Positions 12,283-26,090 of a stretch of DNA of 64,000 nt are shown here, piece by piece. Location of the stretch: positions 73,036,001-73,100,000 of the forward strand of contig CM059430.1 of assembly GCA_030390025.1 (NCBI GenBank), read 5' to 3'. The position numbers and the translations under genes are program-made. The notes beneath the pieces are model-generated. The model made no database searches. It was not told where the DNA came from and saw only the letters and a program-made list of their open reading frames with translations. This stretch comes from Squalus acanthias (Eukaryota). How positions within the stretch are numbered: position 1 is the stretch's first letter; the number at the start of each line of letters is the position of its first letter.

Positions 12283-14184
12283 CTGGTGGGTAGCAACAGA
12301 AAGGGAATGTAAAGAAGTTTGGTGATAAATAGCAGAGAGTGATAGAGAGACAGAAATGTATATTCAGGCTGACTTGTTCCAGTTTACGAAGAAACAATGA
12401 TTTTACTGTATTCTAACTTTTGCGACTGACTGTCTCCTCATCCATTGATATCGTCTGCACTGGGGATTTAAAATGTGGGTGTACTGTACATTAGCTATCA
12501 TATATGTTGTCTGGAATCATCTTGGAGCCATGCTTTCTCCGAAAACACGTTTTCGATCTTTTAATTGGTGCATTTTCAGCCCTTAGAAATGTACTTTAAT
12601 TATTCACAAATATTTTCTGAGGTGTAAAGTATACCCTACTGAGCTAGACAGCAAACGAATACAGAGTGAATCAAGACCTCCAAAATCAGAGTAAATGCTC
12701 AGTTACTCATTACTGTTCGTGGGACCATTGAGCTGCATGATCTGTCCTTGTTAACTGGTCCAATATATGACACAGGTAGCAGTGCTGAGTTTGTACCGCG
12801 CGGAGGTCGTTTTTATTCAACCTTTACCTAGAAACTCCCCTTGCAGAATTTCCTGGCCATTCCTTCCGATCGTGTTGGTTATCTCATGAATCTCAACATC
12901 AAGCTGTGCAGCCTCCCTTCGAATAATCTTTTACAGGGACTCGGGAAGCCCCAAATCCTGGCACCTGGGAACTCTGAGTGGCTGTTGCAAAAGAGGCTAT
13001 CGAAACCCGAAGGAAGAGCCCCATACAATTGTCAGCAGCCTATTTATTCTGCTTTAAAACTTATCGATTTTTACTCCACCCATCCACCGGAAATCAGGCA
13101 GAGTTCGGGGTGGTGGGCAGTTAAAATGCAGCGGGGGACTTCTAATAATTTTCTGCGTTGATTGGGCCGATTGCAGTGTTAAATTGTCCCGCTTTAAACA
13201 TGAAGGTCGGGCTCTGCAAACATCGGGGCCCGCTCTTCCATTCTCAACTGGGGCTTGAGGGGGAGCTGTGATGCTTTCCCGTCAGGCCACACCTGCCTGA
13301 AAAAACAGCCATGTCCAAAACGTAATTTTTTGGTTTTTTTTGCTCTGTTTTCTTTTTGCCCAGGGCAGTATTCCTCCTCTGGGTCCCATGGGAAACCTTG
13401 GACCCCGCTTACGCTGGGCTTCGGCCCTTTCCCCCAATTGTGATTCTCCTCCAGGAGACTTTCGATACAACCGCCGATCGTTTCCACGGGATTTGTCTCC
13501 CAGCTGCCGGCCAGGCAGTGAGTCTCGCCGAATTATGGCGGGGTTCCATTCCTGAATATGGATATGAGGACTGTGAGCTATAATCTTACCAGATATCGTG
13601 GTTGTCTTGCGAGCTTTTCACTGGCCCCAGCCCCGCACAAGTTAATATAAAGGCCTCTATTTTCCCTGAATTATAATTGTTTGCGGGCAATTTTAAATTT
13701 GGCCAATGACATAAAATGAGGGGTATTGAATTTCCCGCCAATTACACATCAAACTGTTTCTTCTTTCTTTGAAGTGAATCGGGCAAGGTGTATAATGTGC
13801 GGCTAAATCGATATCTCCCGTTTAACATCATTGCCCAAATGTAAGATTACCCCGACTGGCTGTTGGTTTTGCTTTACTGGTGGTTACTTTGTCCTGTAAT
13901 TAAGTGTTTGTTTACTCAAACGCAAGATCATATTTCGATAATTCCTGTCTCACAGGAGCTCTCTGCTCGTCCCTTTCCTTAATGTCGGTCCTGTTGACTG
14001 TCACCCTTTTCTTGCTCTCTGTTGCACTAACGTTTTCCATCTATGGGGTGACGATCTGGCAGAACTTAAGCGTGGTTAGCTGGTTCTGAAGCTCAGTTTT
14101 CCCTGCTACAGTGACTAAGTACCTAATGTGTGATCTGGATGGGTCATGTTCTGCATGTCTGACACATTCAATATACAATTGCGC

Positions 14185-14345
14185 TATATGTATGTGTATA
14201 TCTATCTATCTATATATATATATATATAAAGAGAGAGAGAGAGAGAGAGATTTGTGAGTATATCTGTGTGAGTCTGGTATGTACAACTGTATGTAGATAT
14301 CTCTGTGTGTGTGTGTGTGTATGTCTGTCTGTACATGTGTGTTTG
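14185..14345. repeat. Microsatellites (TA)n, (GA)n, (TG)n
   Basis: Directly visible. Confidence 0.9.
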
Positions 14346-15199
14346 ATAGCCTGGGCTAACTTCTCTCCTGCCCGAACTCTCAAACTCACAATTCCACTAA
14401 CTAAAGGATCATGATTCTAACCGCCAAGATCTCACTCTCTTTAATATAACTTCCTTCAATTCGGTCTCTCAGAGAATCTTCTTTGAAATTGCGGCACAGA
14501 AGGACACCATTCGGTCCAACATGCCTGTGCCAGTCGAAAAATATCGCGCCAGCCGAATCCCACTTTCCACCTCTAGATCAGATACAATCATAATATAGAG
14601 CATGAAAAAAACATCTCTTATTCAATTCCTAGTCAACAAGAATGTTAGGCAATCCAGAAAAAGAGGGCAACAGTCTTAAAATGACAGCTAGGCCATTTAG
14701 GCGGGAAGTCAGGAAGCAATTGCTGGGAATATTTGATTTTTTTTTTAAATTGAGATTGACTGGTTTTCATTTCGATAGGGTCTCAAGGGATATGGAATAA
14801 AGGCAGATAAACGGTTTGAGGCACATGTCAGTCATGACTTGAATGGCCGTACAGGATCGAGTAGCTTAATAGCCTAATCTTGTTCCTATGTTCCTAGTAC
14901 CTAATCAAAGACATCTTATTTCGCTGTGGTAACAAATCATATTTGAATACCATTTAAAATGGCGCTAATAGATATATCATTCAACCCCAGATAATTATTT
15001 GGGTACAAAGCGGTGCCAATATACCTGCTTACAATCGTCTCCACAGTTTCGCTAAATAAAGAAAGGTTAAAAATATTAATATCTGAATATTAACCTATCG
15101 GAACATTTTCATCCTTTCCCCGTACTGTATTATTGCACCTTGCAACCTTTCCACGAACACAACGGGGCAGAGTAATTATGAAGATTTTCATTGATTTTG

Positions 15200-15509
15200 A
15201 CTGCTGATCTACACCTGGAACCGAGTAGCTGACATTAGCTACCGCATGGAGAGAGGCATGATATAGCTGACAGCTGTAAACCGTCCAGCTCACCTCATAC
15301 TCTGTCTGATTTAAGTAGCTGGAAACTTCATACAGTCCAGCTGAGTCCCGCCGGTTCATTTCTTCTATCCCCGTTCCAATTTCTGATCCTTTTTTTGTAC
15401 CATTTTCAGCTCCTCCGGGAAGAATGCAGCCATTTTACACAGGAGAGTCAGAGAATGGGCCGATCCGCTCTCAGACCGTGTGGGCGGCATCCGTAGAGGT
15501 TTGGAGTCT
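15200..15509 (-). pseudogene. Frameshifted Ig C1-set exon of paralog (copy 2)
   Basis: ttttttag acceptor; pieces PLRM..SLTLLCKMAAFFPEEL / WYKK / GSEIGTG..AGLYEVSSYL..VYSCQLYHASL align to the C1 exon at 36873-37178 across about 3 indels; donor unclear. Confidence 0.8.
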
Positions 15510-16397
15510 CTAAAAAAACATTAACAAAATTGTAGCAATATATGTTTGCTTTATAATGCGCTGGAATCTGCCGAACTATCTTCAAAAGCCATATGGTTAT
15601 CACCTGACAGAATGATCAGTACGGGGCATCTGCATAGGTTTTGGTGAAATCTTTGCTAAACCCCCAACCACACAGTTGCTTATTCCGCAAATGTATCCAT
15701 TTGCACTGAGATATCATCCATCACATCTCCTCCTGTTCCTGCTCCTACTATTCAATACACAATTGCCTGCACACATTGTTGGGTAACTGTGATGGTTGCC
15801 GCTTTCATATCGCACGCGTTTAAATCAACACCACAAAGCCCATTTTAACCACATGTACACTGTTAAGATCTAACTCTGAAAACCCATCTGCTGCTTCGAT
15901 TGGGGTCAAAAGAGATCTTTGAAAGGGAGCCGAGGCGTTACTTTCGAATCCCGATCTTATTCATTCCACTGGGACTGAGTGTAACAGTGATAGGAACAAA
16001 ACGCTTTTCAGGGTAAGGCGGGTAAGGAATTTACTTTCCTCATAGGGGGAGTCCATGAACGAATCGGGATTCAGATACCTGATGGGTCTATTGGCCTCTC
16101 CTCGCTCCAGATATTCTGATCTCACTATGATTTGAGCACATCTCTTTTTCATTACGGGGAGAGGAGCGGGCGAGAGTGACAAAAGGATTAAAATATATGG
16201 AGAGGTTGCATAAACGTAGATTGAACTCCATTGAATTTAGAACGTGAAGGGCTGATATAATTGATGTGTTTAAAATGATAAAAGTATTTCAGAAAGTTGA
16301 TACAGATAAACTATTTGCTCTGGTGGGGAAATCCAGAATTATGCGCAATTTTACAATTAGAGCTCGGCCATCAATACTGAAATCAGGAAGCTCTTAT

Positions 16398-17100
16398 TAT
16401 ATAGGATATACGGCACAGAAACAGGCCATTCGGTCAACCAGTCCATGCTGGCGTTTATGCTCCACTCGAGCCTCCTCCCGTCTTTCCTCATCTCACTCTA
16501 TCAGCAGAACCCTTTATTCCCTTCTCCCTCATATGCTTATCTAGCCTTCCCTTAAATGCATCTCTCCTATTGCCACAACTACTCCCTGTGGTAGCGAGCT
16601 CCGCATTTTCACCATTCCCTGAGTAAAAAAGTTACTTCTGAATTCCCTGTTGGATTTCATGCCGACTATTTTATATTAATGACCTATAAGTTATGCTCTT
16701 CCCCACAAGTGGAAACACTCTCTCTGTATCTACTCTATAAAAATCTTTCATAATTTTAAAGATCTCAATTGGGTCACCACTCAGCCTTCTTTTTTCAAGC
16801 GAAAAGATACCCAGCCTGTTCATCCTTTCCTGATAGGCTTCGCATTTCTGGTATCATCCTTGTAAATCTTCTCTTCACAGTCACCAGTGCCTCTATATCC
16901 TTTTTATATTATGGCGACCAGAATTGTACGCAGTTCTCCAAGTGTGGTCTAAGCAAGGTTCGATACAAGCTTAGCATAAATTCACTACTTTTTAATTCTT
17001 CCCCTCCAGAAATAAACCCTAATGACTGGTTTCCTTTTTTATGGCCTTGTTAACCTGTGTGGCTACATGTAGTGATTTTTTTTTGTACCCCGAGAACCCT
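16398..17100 (-). mobile_element. CR1 LINE 3' fragment
   Basis: CR1 tail (ggccattcggtc) and RT C-terminal sequence. Confidence 0.75.
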
Positions 17101-17204
17101 TTGCTATTCTAACCCGCTTTTCTGACACCAACGAAGTATGAGAAATAATATCTATTGACTAAATAGTGGGACGATCGAAGACATTTTCTTCAGTTCCCTC
17201 CATA

Positions 17205-18000
17205 AACTCCATTCTCTTGTCACCGAGTCCACCACCCTTCATTGCAACTGTTTGCAGCAGAACCAGACTCTTTGCAACCTTGGTTTCCTACGTGACCCCG
17301 AGATGAGCTTCGACCACATATCTACGCCATCACTTCGACCGCCTATTTCCACTCCAATAACTTCGCACGTCCCCTCCCCTGCCTCAACGCATCTGCTGCT
17401 GAAACTCTCATCCATGCCTTTGTTACCTCCAGACTTAACTATTCTAAAGCACTCCTGACGGCACCCCACCTTCCACCCTCCATAAGCTTAAGTTCATACA
17501 AAACTCTGCTGCACTTATTCTAACTCGCACCAAGTCCCGTTCATCCATCAGCACTGTACTCGTTGACCTACACTGGCTGACATTAAAGCAACGCCTCGAA
17601 TTTAAAATTCTCATCCTTTTTTTCAAATCCCTCCATGGCCTCTCCCCTCCCTATCTCTGTAACGTCCTCCAGCCCTACAAACCACCGAGTTATCTGTTCT
17701 CCTTCAATCCTGAACTTTTGCGCATCTCCAGTTTTAATCGGTGCACCATTGGAGTCAATGCATTCAGCTACCTGGGCACTAGACTCTGGAATTCCCTCGC
17801 TAAATCTCTTCGCCTCTCGACCTCTTTCCTCCTTGAAGATGCTCCTTAAAACCTACCTCTTTGACCACTTCTAATGGTCATCTGCCCTAATATCTCCTTC
17901 TCTGGCTCGGTATCGAATTGTGTTCGATAACGCTCCTTTGAAGTGCCTTGGGACATTTTACTACATTAAAGACGCTTTATAAATGCAAATTTTTTTTTAT
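17205..18000 (+). mobile_element. L2 LINE 3' fragment
   Basis: Near-identical motifs to the L2 at 10770-12068 (taactcgcaccaagtcccgttca..., tail). Confidence 0.85.
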
Positions 18001-18080
18001 AGATGCAGTTGTATTATGTAATGTAAAGCAGCCCGCTTTATTGTCACCCCATCCACCACCTTGGTTCTGTTGTAATCCAT

Positions 18081-18678
18081 TTACTGGTCCTGGTCTGAGT
18101 CAGCATACTTTCCACAGATGGCCAGCACTTCCAACTTTTTGGCGTGGGTAACTTGATCCGGGTGTGCTTGCTGTAGCTTATCATTCCTCACGCTTTTTGT
18201 CCTGAGATGGGATAAATTATCAAATTAAGTAATCAGTGGAAACGTTATTTGAGTAAGCGATTTGTAAATCTGCGGAACCTTTTCCCTAATGAGACGGTGG
18301 AAGCAGAAAGTGTTCATTAATGCAAATACAAATTAGATTTCTTTAGGAAAATAACAATTCGCGACACAGTATAAGAGCCATTATGGGCATATGTGGTAAC
18401 CGTAACATGAGTGGGAGGAACAGCTGATTTTGGATCTATGGCTCGGAAATCTTTCCAAAACTGGGTGTTTTTTCTCACATCATGTCTAGGTCTGTTGTGA
18501 CTATTTTATACAGATTTTTACTGTGAATAGTCATTAACTTCAGTACCATTGTATCATGTGACTACCAGGATGGTAGAAGCAGCAGATGGACTTTGGACTT
18601 TTTTCTTCAAGCAATTCCTGTCTTCTTATGGGAGGTAGTACGGGGGCTTTTCAATGCTGTGTATACTTGCGACAGCGA
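18081..18678 (-). other. Candidate cytoplasmic terminal exon (Tyr motif VYTAL) interrupted by a CR1 fragment
   Basis: Acceptor ctcttttctcag. Removing the insert and one ATGGGA copy gives an open frame SLSQVYTALKSPRTTSHLRTKS...DQVTHAKKL...DQDQ*. Confidence 0.35.
18213..18627 (+). mobile_element. Old CR1 3' fragment with 6-bp TSD
   Basis: ATGGGA at 18207-18212 and 18628-18633; RFVNL(R/W)NLFP..VEA-like remnant. Confidence 0.6.
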
Positions 18679-20339
18679 CTGAGAAAAGAGGCACCAACAA
18701 TGACAGACGCAAGGACAGCTGCAAGGTTAAGAAATAACTAATCTTTTGGCAGATTCAATACAAAGCTTTCCTGCTAAAATTTGTTTTCTATCAAACTGCG
18801 AGAATTTCTTAATAGCCACTGTCAACCCTACTTCTATTAGTTCATTTGATCTCTGTAAGCTCCGTTGAAGCCTAAACCTATTTAGCACAGATTTTGCCCA
18901 ATATATCCGCTGTTCAATTTTACCACATCCTAGATATATTGTGCAACTGTAATGTTTCGCAATGTCCTGTGTCCATATACTGAATAGCGCGTGGCTCCTG
19001 TTTCTATGGATTTTTCTGCTTCGAAAAAATTGTGCAATTAATTTAACTTTTCAGAAGACAAGTGAAGTGACTTCCCGGGGGGAGGGGGTGGGGTGGGGAT
19101 GGGGCTCTCCTGCACGTCTGATGTAACTGGCTCAAATTAACGCAAATACGAGCAATATTAGGATATTGTGGGGCATAAAATCGTTTTGATCGGCAGTGTG
19201 AAATTGGCAAAAAAGAATCAGCAGCTCATTTTGCACTCTCGCCCAAATATATATTGATAAGCCGTGAACTTCAGAGAAGCAAATGCTTCCTGTGATAGCA
19301 TTATCCCTGAAACAGCGCGACCACAAAAATTGCAGTGTGTGTTGCAGCAGCTTATTTTCAGTATATACTTCGCCTCTGTAAAGTACAATTTTAAAGAACG
19401 ATTACAGGCACTTTTACGATTACTGTTGCAGCAAGTATTCAAATTCATTGGGCTGCGCCATTTAACAAAATTCATCGCACCTGTGTCTTTAGTTGGCCGA
19501 ATCACGAGTCCAAAATTTGTTGAATCTGCAGGTTTCACACAACTTTCCAAATGGTAATTAATTTCTGCCGCCTTTCTCCCGCTGACTTGCAGTAACTTCG
19601 GCAGACAATTATTGGAAACGCAAAATAAATTGCTAAATGGGGGTATTTGTAACCACCTCGAGAGTGCCCACCATTGTCTGCAAAGCGGACGATAAAATTT
19701 AATATCGAAATTGATTTTAAACTAATTTACGAATTCGTTGCAAATCGCGCATGAAAATAAGAACATAGAAATTAAGAGCAGGAGTAGGCTATACGGCCCC
19801 TCGAGCCTGCTACACCATTCAACAACATCATGGCTGATTATCGACCTGAACTCACCTTTCTCGCCCGATCTCCATATCGCTTGATAACCCTTTGTGTCCA
19901 AAAATCTATCTATCTCAGCCTTGAATATACTGAAAGACTCAACATTCACGGCCCTCTGGGGCAGAGAATTCCAAAGATTCGCAACCCTCTGAGTGAAGAA
20001 ATTCCTACTCATCTCGGTCTAAAATGGCTTACCCTTTATCCTGAGACGATGCTTCCTAGTTGTAGACACTCCAGCCAGGAGAACAACCTCTCAGCATCTA
20101 CCATGTCAATCCCCTTCAGAATGTTGTATGTTTCAATGAGATCACCTCTCATTCTTCTAAAATCCAGAGAGTATAGGCCCATTCAACACAATCTCTCATC
20201 ATAGAAAAGCCCTCTCATCCCAAGAATCAATCAAGTGGTTGCACCGCCTCCAAGTTAAAGATGTAATTCCTTAGATAAGGAGACCAAAACTGTGCACATT
20301 ACTCCTGGTGTCGTCTCATCAAGGCCCTGTACAATTGTA

Positions 20340-20733
20340 ATAACAACAGAAAACGCTGGAAAAACTCAGCAGGCCAGGCAGCATCCGTGGAGAGAGAAAG
20401 AGAGTTGACGTTTCAGGTCGATGACCTTTCATCAGAACTGGGAAGAGCCGGAAATCAAATAGATTTAAGGCCAGGGTAAAGCTGGGAAAAGGGGGAGGGG
20501 ATAAAGGAACAAAGGAGGAGATGAAGAGACATTAAGAGACATTAAGAGATATGCAAGGCTAGAGGTGGTGTTAATGTGACAGATTAAGGCTGAATGAATT
20601 GTGAAATCCACTGGCAGAATGAAGGACAGCTGCCAGCTTCTAGGAGGAAAAAAAAGGTGGGGGGGGACAAATAAAAGGGTGGATAAAATAAAATATAAAT
20701 GTGATTGGAGCTGAGGTTATGATCTAAAATTGT
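20340..20733 (-). mobile_element. Penelope-like element fragment inserted in CR1
   Basis: 12-bp TSD tgtacaattgta (20328-20339, 20734-20745); contains a minimal hammerhead. Confidence 0.7.
20403..20439 (-). ncRNA. Minimal type-I hammerhead ribozyme motif
   Basis: AGTT-CTGATGA-AAGGTC-ATC-GACCT-GAAA-CG-TC-AACT: stem I AGUU/AACU, intact core, stem II, palindromic ACGU stem III and GUC cleavage triplet. Confidence 0.75.
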
Positions 20734-21044
20734 TGTACAATTGTAGCAAGACTTCGTTACTCTTATACTCCAAACCCCTTGCAATAAAGGCCAACATGCA
20801 ATTTGCCTTCCTTATTGCTTCCTGTACCTGCATGCTAGATTTCTGTGTTTCTTGCACGGTGAGACACAAATCTCTCGGAACACCAACATTTAAAACTTTC
20901 TCATAATTTAAAAATATTCAGTTTTTCTATTCTTCCTACCGAAGTGAATAACCTCTCATCTCCTTACATTATTCTCCATCTGCCAACTTACTGCCCACTC
21001 ACTTAGTCTATATATATGCCTTTGTAGACACTTTAGAGAAAGAC

Positions 21045-24000
21045 AAAATAACATCAGATCAGGAGCAGGAGTTGGCCATTTGGCACCTCGAGACTGCTCC
21101 GCCATTCAATAAGATCTTTGCTGATCTTGTACCTCAACTCTACTTTCCTGCACTCTCCCCATATCGCTTGATTCCCTTAATATGCAAAAATCTATCGATC
21201 TATGCCTTGAATGCACTGAACGAATGAGCCTCTACAGCCCTCTGGGATAGAGAATTCCAAAGATTCACCACCCTCTGAGTGTAGACATTTCTCCTCATAT
21301 CAGTCAAAATGGCCGACCTCTTCTTTTGAGACTGTGACCCCTCGTTCTAGACTCCCCAGCCAGGGGAAACCTCCTCCCTGCATACACCCTGTCAAGCCCT
21401 GTAAGAATGTTGTATGTTTCAATGAGATCACCTCTCATTCTTCTAAACTCCAGAGAATATAGGTCTAGTCTCCTCAATCTCTACTCATACGACAATCCGC
21501 CCCTCCCAGGAATCAGTATGGTGAACCTTCGTTGCACTCCCTTCATAGCACTTTAGGTAAGGAGACCAAAACTGTAAACAAAACTCCAGGTGTGATCTCA
21601 TCAGGGCCCAATATAATTGCCGTAAGATGTCTTTACTCTTATACTCAAGTCCTCTTTTAATAAAGGCCAACATACCAGTTGCTTTTCTAATTGCTTGCTG
21701 TACCTGCATGTTAACTTTCAGTGAGTTGTGTACAAGGACACCCAGGTCCCTCTGAACACCAACATTTCCCAATCTCTCACCATTATAAAATATTCTGCTT
21801 TTCTATTTTCCAACAAAGTGGATTCTCCACATTATCTTCCATTTGCCATGTTCTTGCCCACTCACTTAGCTTGTCTATATCCCCTTGAAGTCTCTTTGCA
21901 TCCTCCTCACTACTTACATTCCCACCCAGCTTTGTATCATCAGCAAACTTGGATATATTTCATTTGGTCTCCTCATCCAAATCATTGATATAGATTGTGA
22001 ATAGCTTGGGCAACAGCACTGATCCTTGTGGTAGCCCACCAGTTACAGCCTGCCACCGCTAAATTCCCAGTTTATTCCTACTCTCTGTTTTCTGTCCGAT
22101 AACCAATCCTCAATACAAGCTAATATATCACCCACAATTATATGAGCCCTAACTTTGTTTAATAACCTCTTGTGTGGCACCTTATCGAATGCCTTCTGAA
22201 AATCTAAATACAACACATCCACTGGTCCCCCCTTATCTATTCTGCTAATTACAACCTCAAAAAACTCTAACAGATTCGTCAAACACGATTTCCCTTTCAT
22301 AAATCCGTGTTGACTCTGCCCAATCCTATTATTGTTTTCGAAGTGCCCTGTTACCACGTCCTTAATAATAGATTCTAGCATTTTCCCTACTACTGATGTC
22401 AGGCTAACTGATCTGTAGGTTCCCGTTTTCTCTCTCCTACCTTTCGTAAATGGTGGGGTTACATTTGCTACCTTCCAATCCGCGGGAACCGTTCTAGAAT
22501 CTATGGATTTTTGGGAAATGAAAACCAATGCATCCACTTTATCTAAAGCCACCTCTTTCAAAACCCTAGGATGAAGGCCATCAGGTCAGCGGATTTATCG
22601 GCTTTCAGTCCCATTAATTTCAGCAGAACATTTTTTTTACTAATAATAATTTCTTTCAGTTCTTCATTCTCGCTAGACCCTGGTTTTCCACTATTTCTGG
22701 GAAGTTTTTTGCGTCTTCTTTCTTGAAGACAGACACAACATATTTGTTTAATTTCTCTGCCATTCCGTTATTCCCCATTATAATTTCTCCTGTCTCAGCC
22801 TGAAGAGATGCACATTTACTCCCGCTAATCTTTTTCTTTTTACATACCTATGGAATCTTTTACAGTCTGTTTTTATGTCTCTCCCTAGTTTAGTCGTAAT
22901 CAATTTTCCCTTACTTTATCAATTTCTTAACCTCATTTGCTGAATTCTAAAACCCTCCAAATCCTCAGGCTTTCTATTCTTTTGGCAATATTATAAGCCT
23001 CTTCCTTTGATCTAATACTATCTTTAACTTCTCTTATTAGCCACGATTGGATCACTTTTCCTGTGGGGTTGTTGCGCCTTAAAGGAATGTATATTCATTC
23101 TAAATGATGTACTAATGCTTTAAATGCTAGCCAATGCTGCTCTATCATCATACCTTTTAATGTAGTTTCCCAATCTACCTTAGCCAACTCGCCCCTCATA
23201 CATACGTAGTATGCTTTCATTAGATTTAAGACACTTGTTTCGGATTTAACGAAATCACTTTCTAACTCAATATCAAATTCTATCATATTATGGACACTCT
23301 TCCCTATAGGCCCCTTTACTACAAGGTTAGGAATTAACCCTTTCTCGTTGCAGAATGCTACATATAAAATAGCCTATTCCCTAGTTGGTTCCTCAAAATA
23401 CTTACATAGAAAACTATTTTGCATACATTCCATGAATCCGTGCTCCACACTATTACTGTACATTTGGTTTGCCCAATCTATATGTAGATTAAAGTCCCCC
23501 ATGGTTACTGTAGTAACCTTATTACATGCGCCTCTAGTTTCCTGATTTATACTCAGCCCTACATTAAAACTACTGTTTGGGGGCCTATACACAACTTGCC
23601 CCAAAGTTTTCTGCCACTTGCTGTTTCATAGTTCCACCGGAACTGATTCTACATCTTGATTTTCGGAGCTAAGATCCTTTCTCTCTGCTGTCTTTTTCCA
23701 ATCTTTTATTAGAATGGATACCCATCCTCCTTTTCCATTTTGCCTATCTCTTGCAAAAGTTAAGTATCCTGGATTATTTAGTTCCCAACCTTGTCCACAT
23801 TGCAATCACATCTCCATAATGACTATCAGATCAAACCTATTAATTTATATCTGTGCTATTAATTCATCCATTTTTTTTGCAAATGCTTTGCGAATTCAGA
23901 TATAGTGGGCAGCATTTTGATACTGGGGTGGGTTGGGATCGTGTTTCCACTTTTCGTGTTATCCACCCGACTGCAATTGGATGTGGGAGATTGATGCAAT

Positions 24001-26090
24001 TTTCACCTAATTGGGCAATTGAGTTCCAGCATGTGGGAACCCATGAACCAATAAGTGTTTTCAGTCTGAAAGTCGCTTTTGATGATGTCATCATTGCTGC
24101 TGCATTGAAGGTCTTCAAAGACTGCCTGGCCTTTGCTGTGCGAGTACCTGCAAAATTAGCAGCAGCAGTCATAAGTCTGCTCCCAGATATTTTTACACCA
24201 CCACACCCAGATATGTCTCCTCTCCATCCATATATACATCCATCCACATATGCATCCCCATAGCCAGCGAGCCAGCCAGCCAGCGTCAACTATCCATATC
24301 CAAATGTGCTCCAGCCAGGTTTCACATTCGTGTTTCAGAACAGGCGTGCTTCACGTAGAACAAGGGTTAATTCACAAACACCTTTGAAAATGGCATTATA
24401 GAGGTAATTTAGTGCTTGTTAAGGGCCTTAACAGCCTATCCCGCCTCTTAGAGGCGGGATGGAGTCGGGACCAACAGACACGATTTAATGAAAATTGCAT
24501 GGAGGTGGGATGGAGACGGGCTTTTGCGTGCCCGCCAGTTTTCGCAATTTTAACCCCCCACACGCCTCAAACCCGCCTCCACAGGTGAATGAAAATCCAG
24601 CCCAGCGTCTTTAGCTTTGACTTATTTCTATTTTTCCCTGATATCACATTAGTCACTGGTGCGTTATTACCTTTATTATTCTCTCTGTCCCTTGCTGACC
24701 AACTCCGATTATTTTTAACCAATACTCGACTCTGCTATTGAGCTTTGAAATTTCTCTCGCTGCTTCTAAATGTACTCTTTCCTGAATCCTCCCACCCCCC
24801 TTAATTAGTTTAAAGCCCTATTTCTGGCCCTAGTTATTCGGGTCGCCATGACACTGGTCCAACCCGTGAAGTGGAGCCCGTCCTAATGGAAGAGCTCCCT
24901 CTTTACCCAGTACTGGTGCCAGTGCCCCATGAACTGAAACCACTTCCTCACACACCACACTTTGGGCCACACATTTAAAACTCTAATCTGTTTGGCTCTA
25001 TGCTAATTTGCGCGTGGCGCAGATAATATTCCAGAGATTATTAAATTTGAGGTTCTGCTTTTTAATTTGAATCCCAGTGCTTCAAACTCTCTCGGCAGTA
25101 CCTCATTCCTAATTCTACTTATATCGCTGGTTCCTATTTGGACCACGACAAACGGATCCAGCCCCTTCCACTCCAAGTTCTCCTCCAGCTGTGAGGAGAT
25201 ATCTTCTTTACCCTGGCACCGGGTAGGCAACACAACCTTCGGAAATCTCGGTCACGGTTGCAGAGAACAGTATCTCTCCCCCTGACTGTACTTTCGGCTT
25301 CCAAAACTACATTACCTTTCACTCCCCCCACTTCAATGGCTTCTTGCACCATGATGCCATGGTCAGCTTGCTCATCCATTTTGCAGAATTTTGCCTCATC
25401 CACGCAGGCAGCAAGAACATCATACATGTTGGACAAGGGCCAAGGCTGCGTCTCCTCCAGCACTGCATCAGAGATCCCCTTACCTGCCTGAGTTTAAGTC
25501 ACACACTCCTGCCTCTGACCACTAACAAGACCTGTACCCCTAACTAACCTAATGGGTGTGACTGCCTGCTGATCAAAGTATCCAGGCAACTCTCCTACAC
25601 CTGATGCCCTGCAATGTCTGCACCACAGACTCCAGCTGAAAAGCTCTGAGGTGAAGTTCCTCAAGATGCAGGCACTTACTGCAAACGTGTTTGTTCGGGA
25701 TCGCAAAGCTCTTCCCAACTCTCACATGCTGCAGTTGCAGCACACCACATGCACTGCCATCCCGATAGGACCTTGTTTTATTTAATTACATTGAATTAAA
25801 TTTGTAATTAGGTAACTTAGTATACAGTGTAGTTTATTGACTACTGACTTGATCTATATTATGTTAAGGGTACTGAAATTAAATATCTAACTGTAACACA
25901 AAGCACTACAAGTAGTGTAGTAAACAAACAGCAACTCCATCCCCTCCTCTCCCAATTCCAACTCTTTACAAATTCCCCCAAAAAACACTCTGTTTAAGTG
26001 CACTCCGTTTTAACCCCGCTCTGTGCAGACCGCTCCGTGCTTTGCAGATCTGTTTACTTTTGTAATCTACGAGCCTCACCCAATTTACAA
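21045..26090 (-). mobile_element. Near full-length degraded CR1 LINE (ORF1 esterase + APE-RT ORF2)
   Basis: CLPGARVK and VVQIGTSD (ORF1 SGNH esterase); VVYRPPNS and MGDFN (APE); SQHGFMKGKSCLTNL and YLDFQKAFDKVPH (RT). Confidence 0.92.
23907..24603. mobile_element. Non-autonomous DNA transposon in CR1 (3-bp TSD)
   Basis: TIR gggcagcatttt / aaaatccagccc; flanks AGT / AGC; CR1 sequence resumes afterwards. Confidence 0.65.

Larger units (their letters stand above)
19757..21035 (-). mobile_element. CR1 LINE 3' fragment
   Basis: FFTQRVANLWNSLPQRAV peptide and CR1 tail. Confidence 0.9.

Noticed and set aside
13904-14089. Hydrophobic plus-strand ORF resembling a TM segment
   Set aside because: Isolated, on the opposite strand to the gene, and with no partner exons
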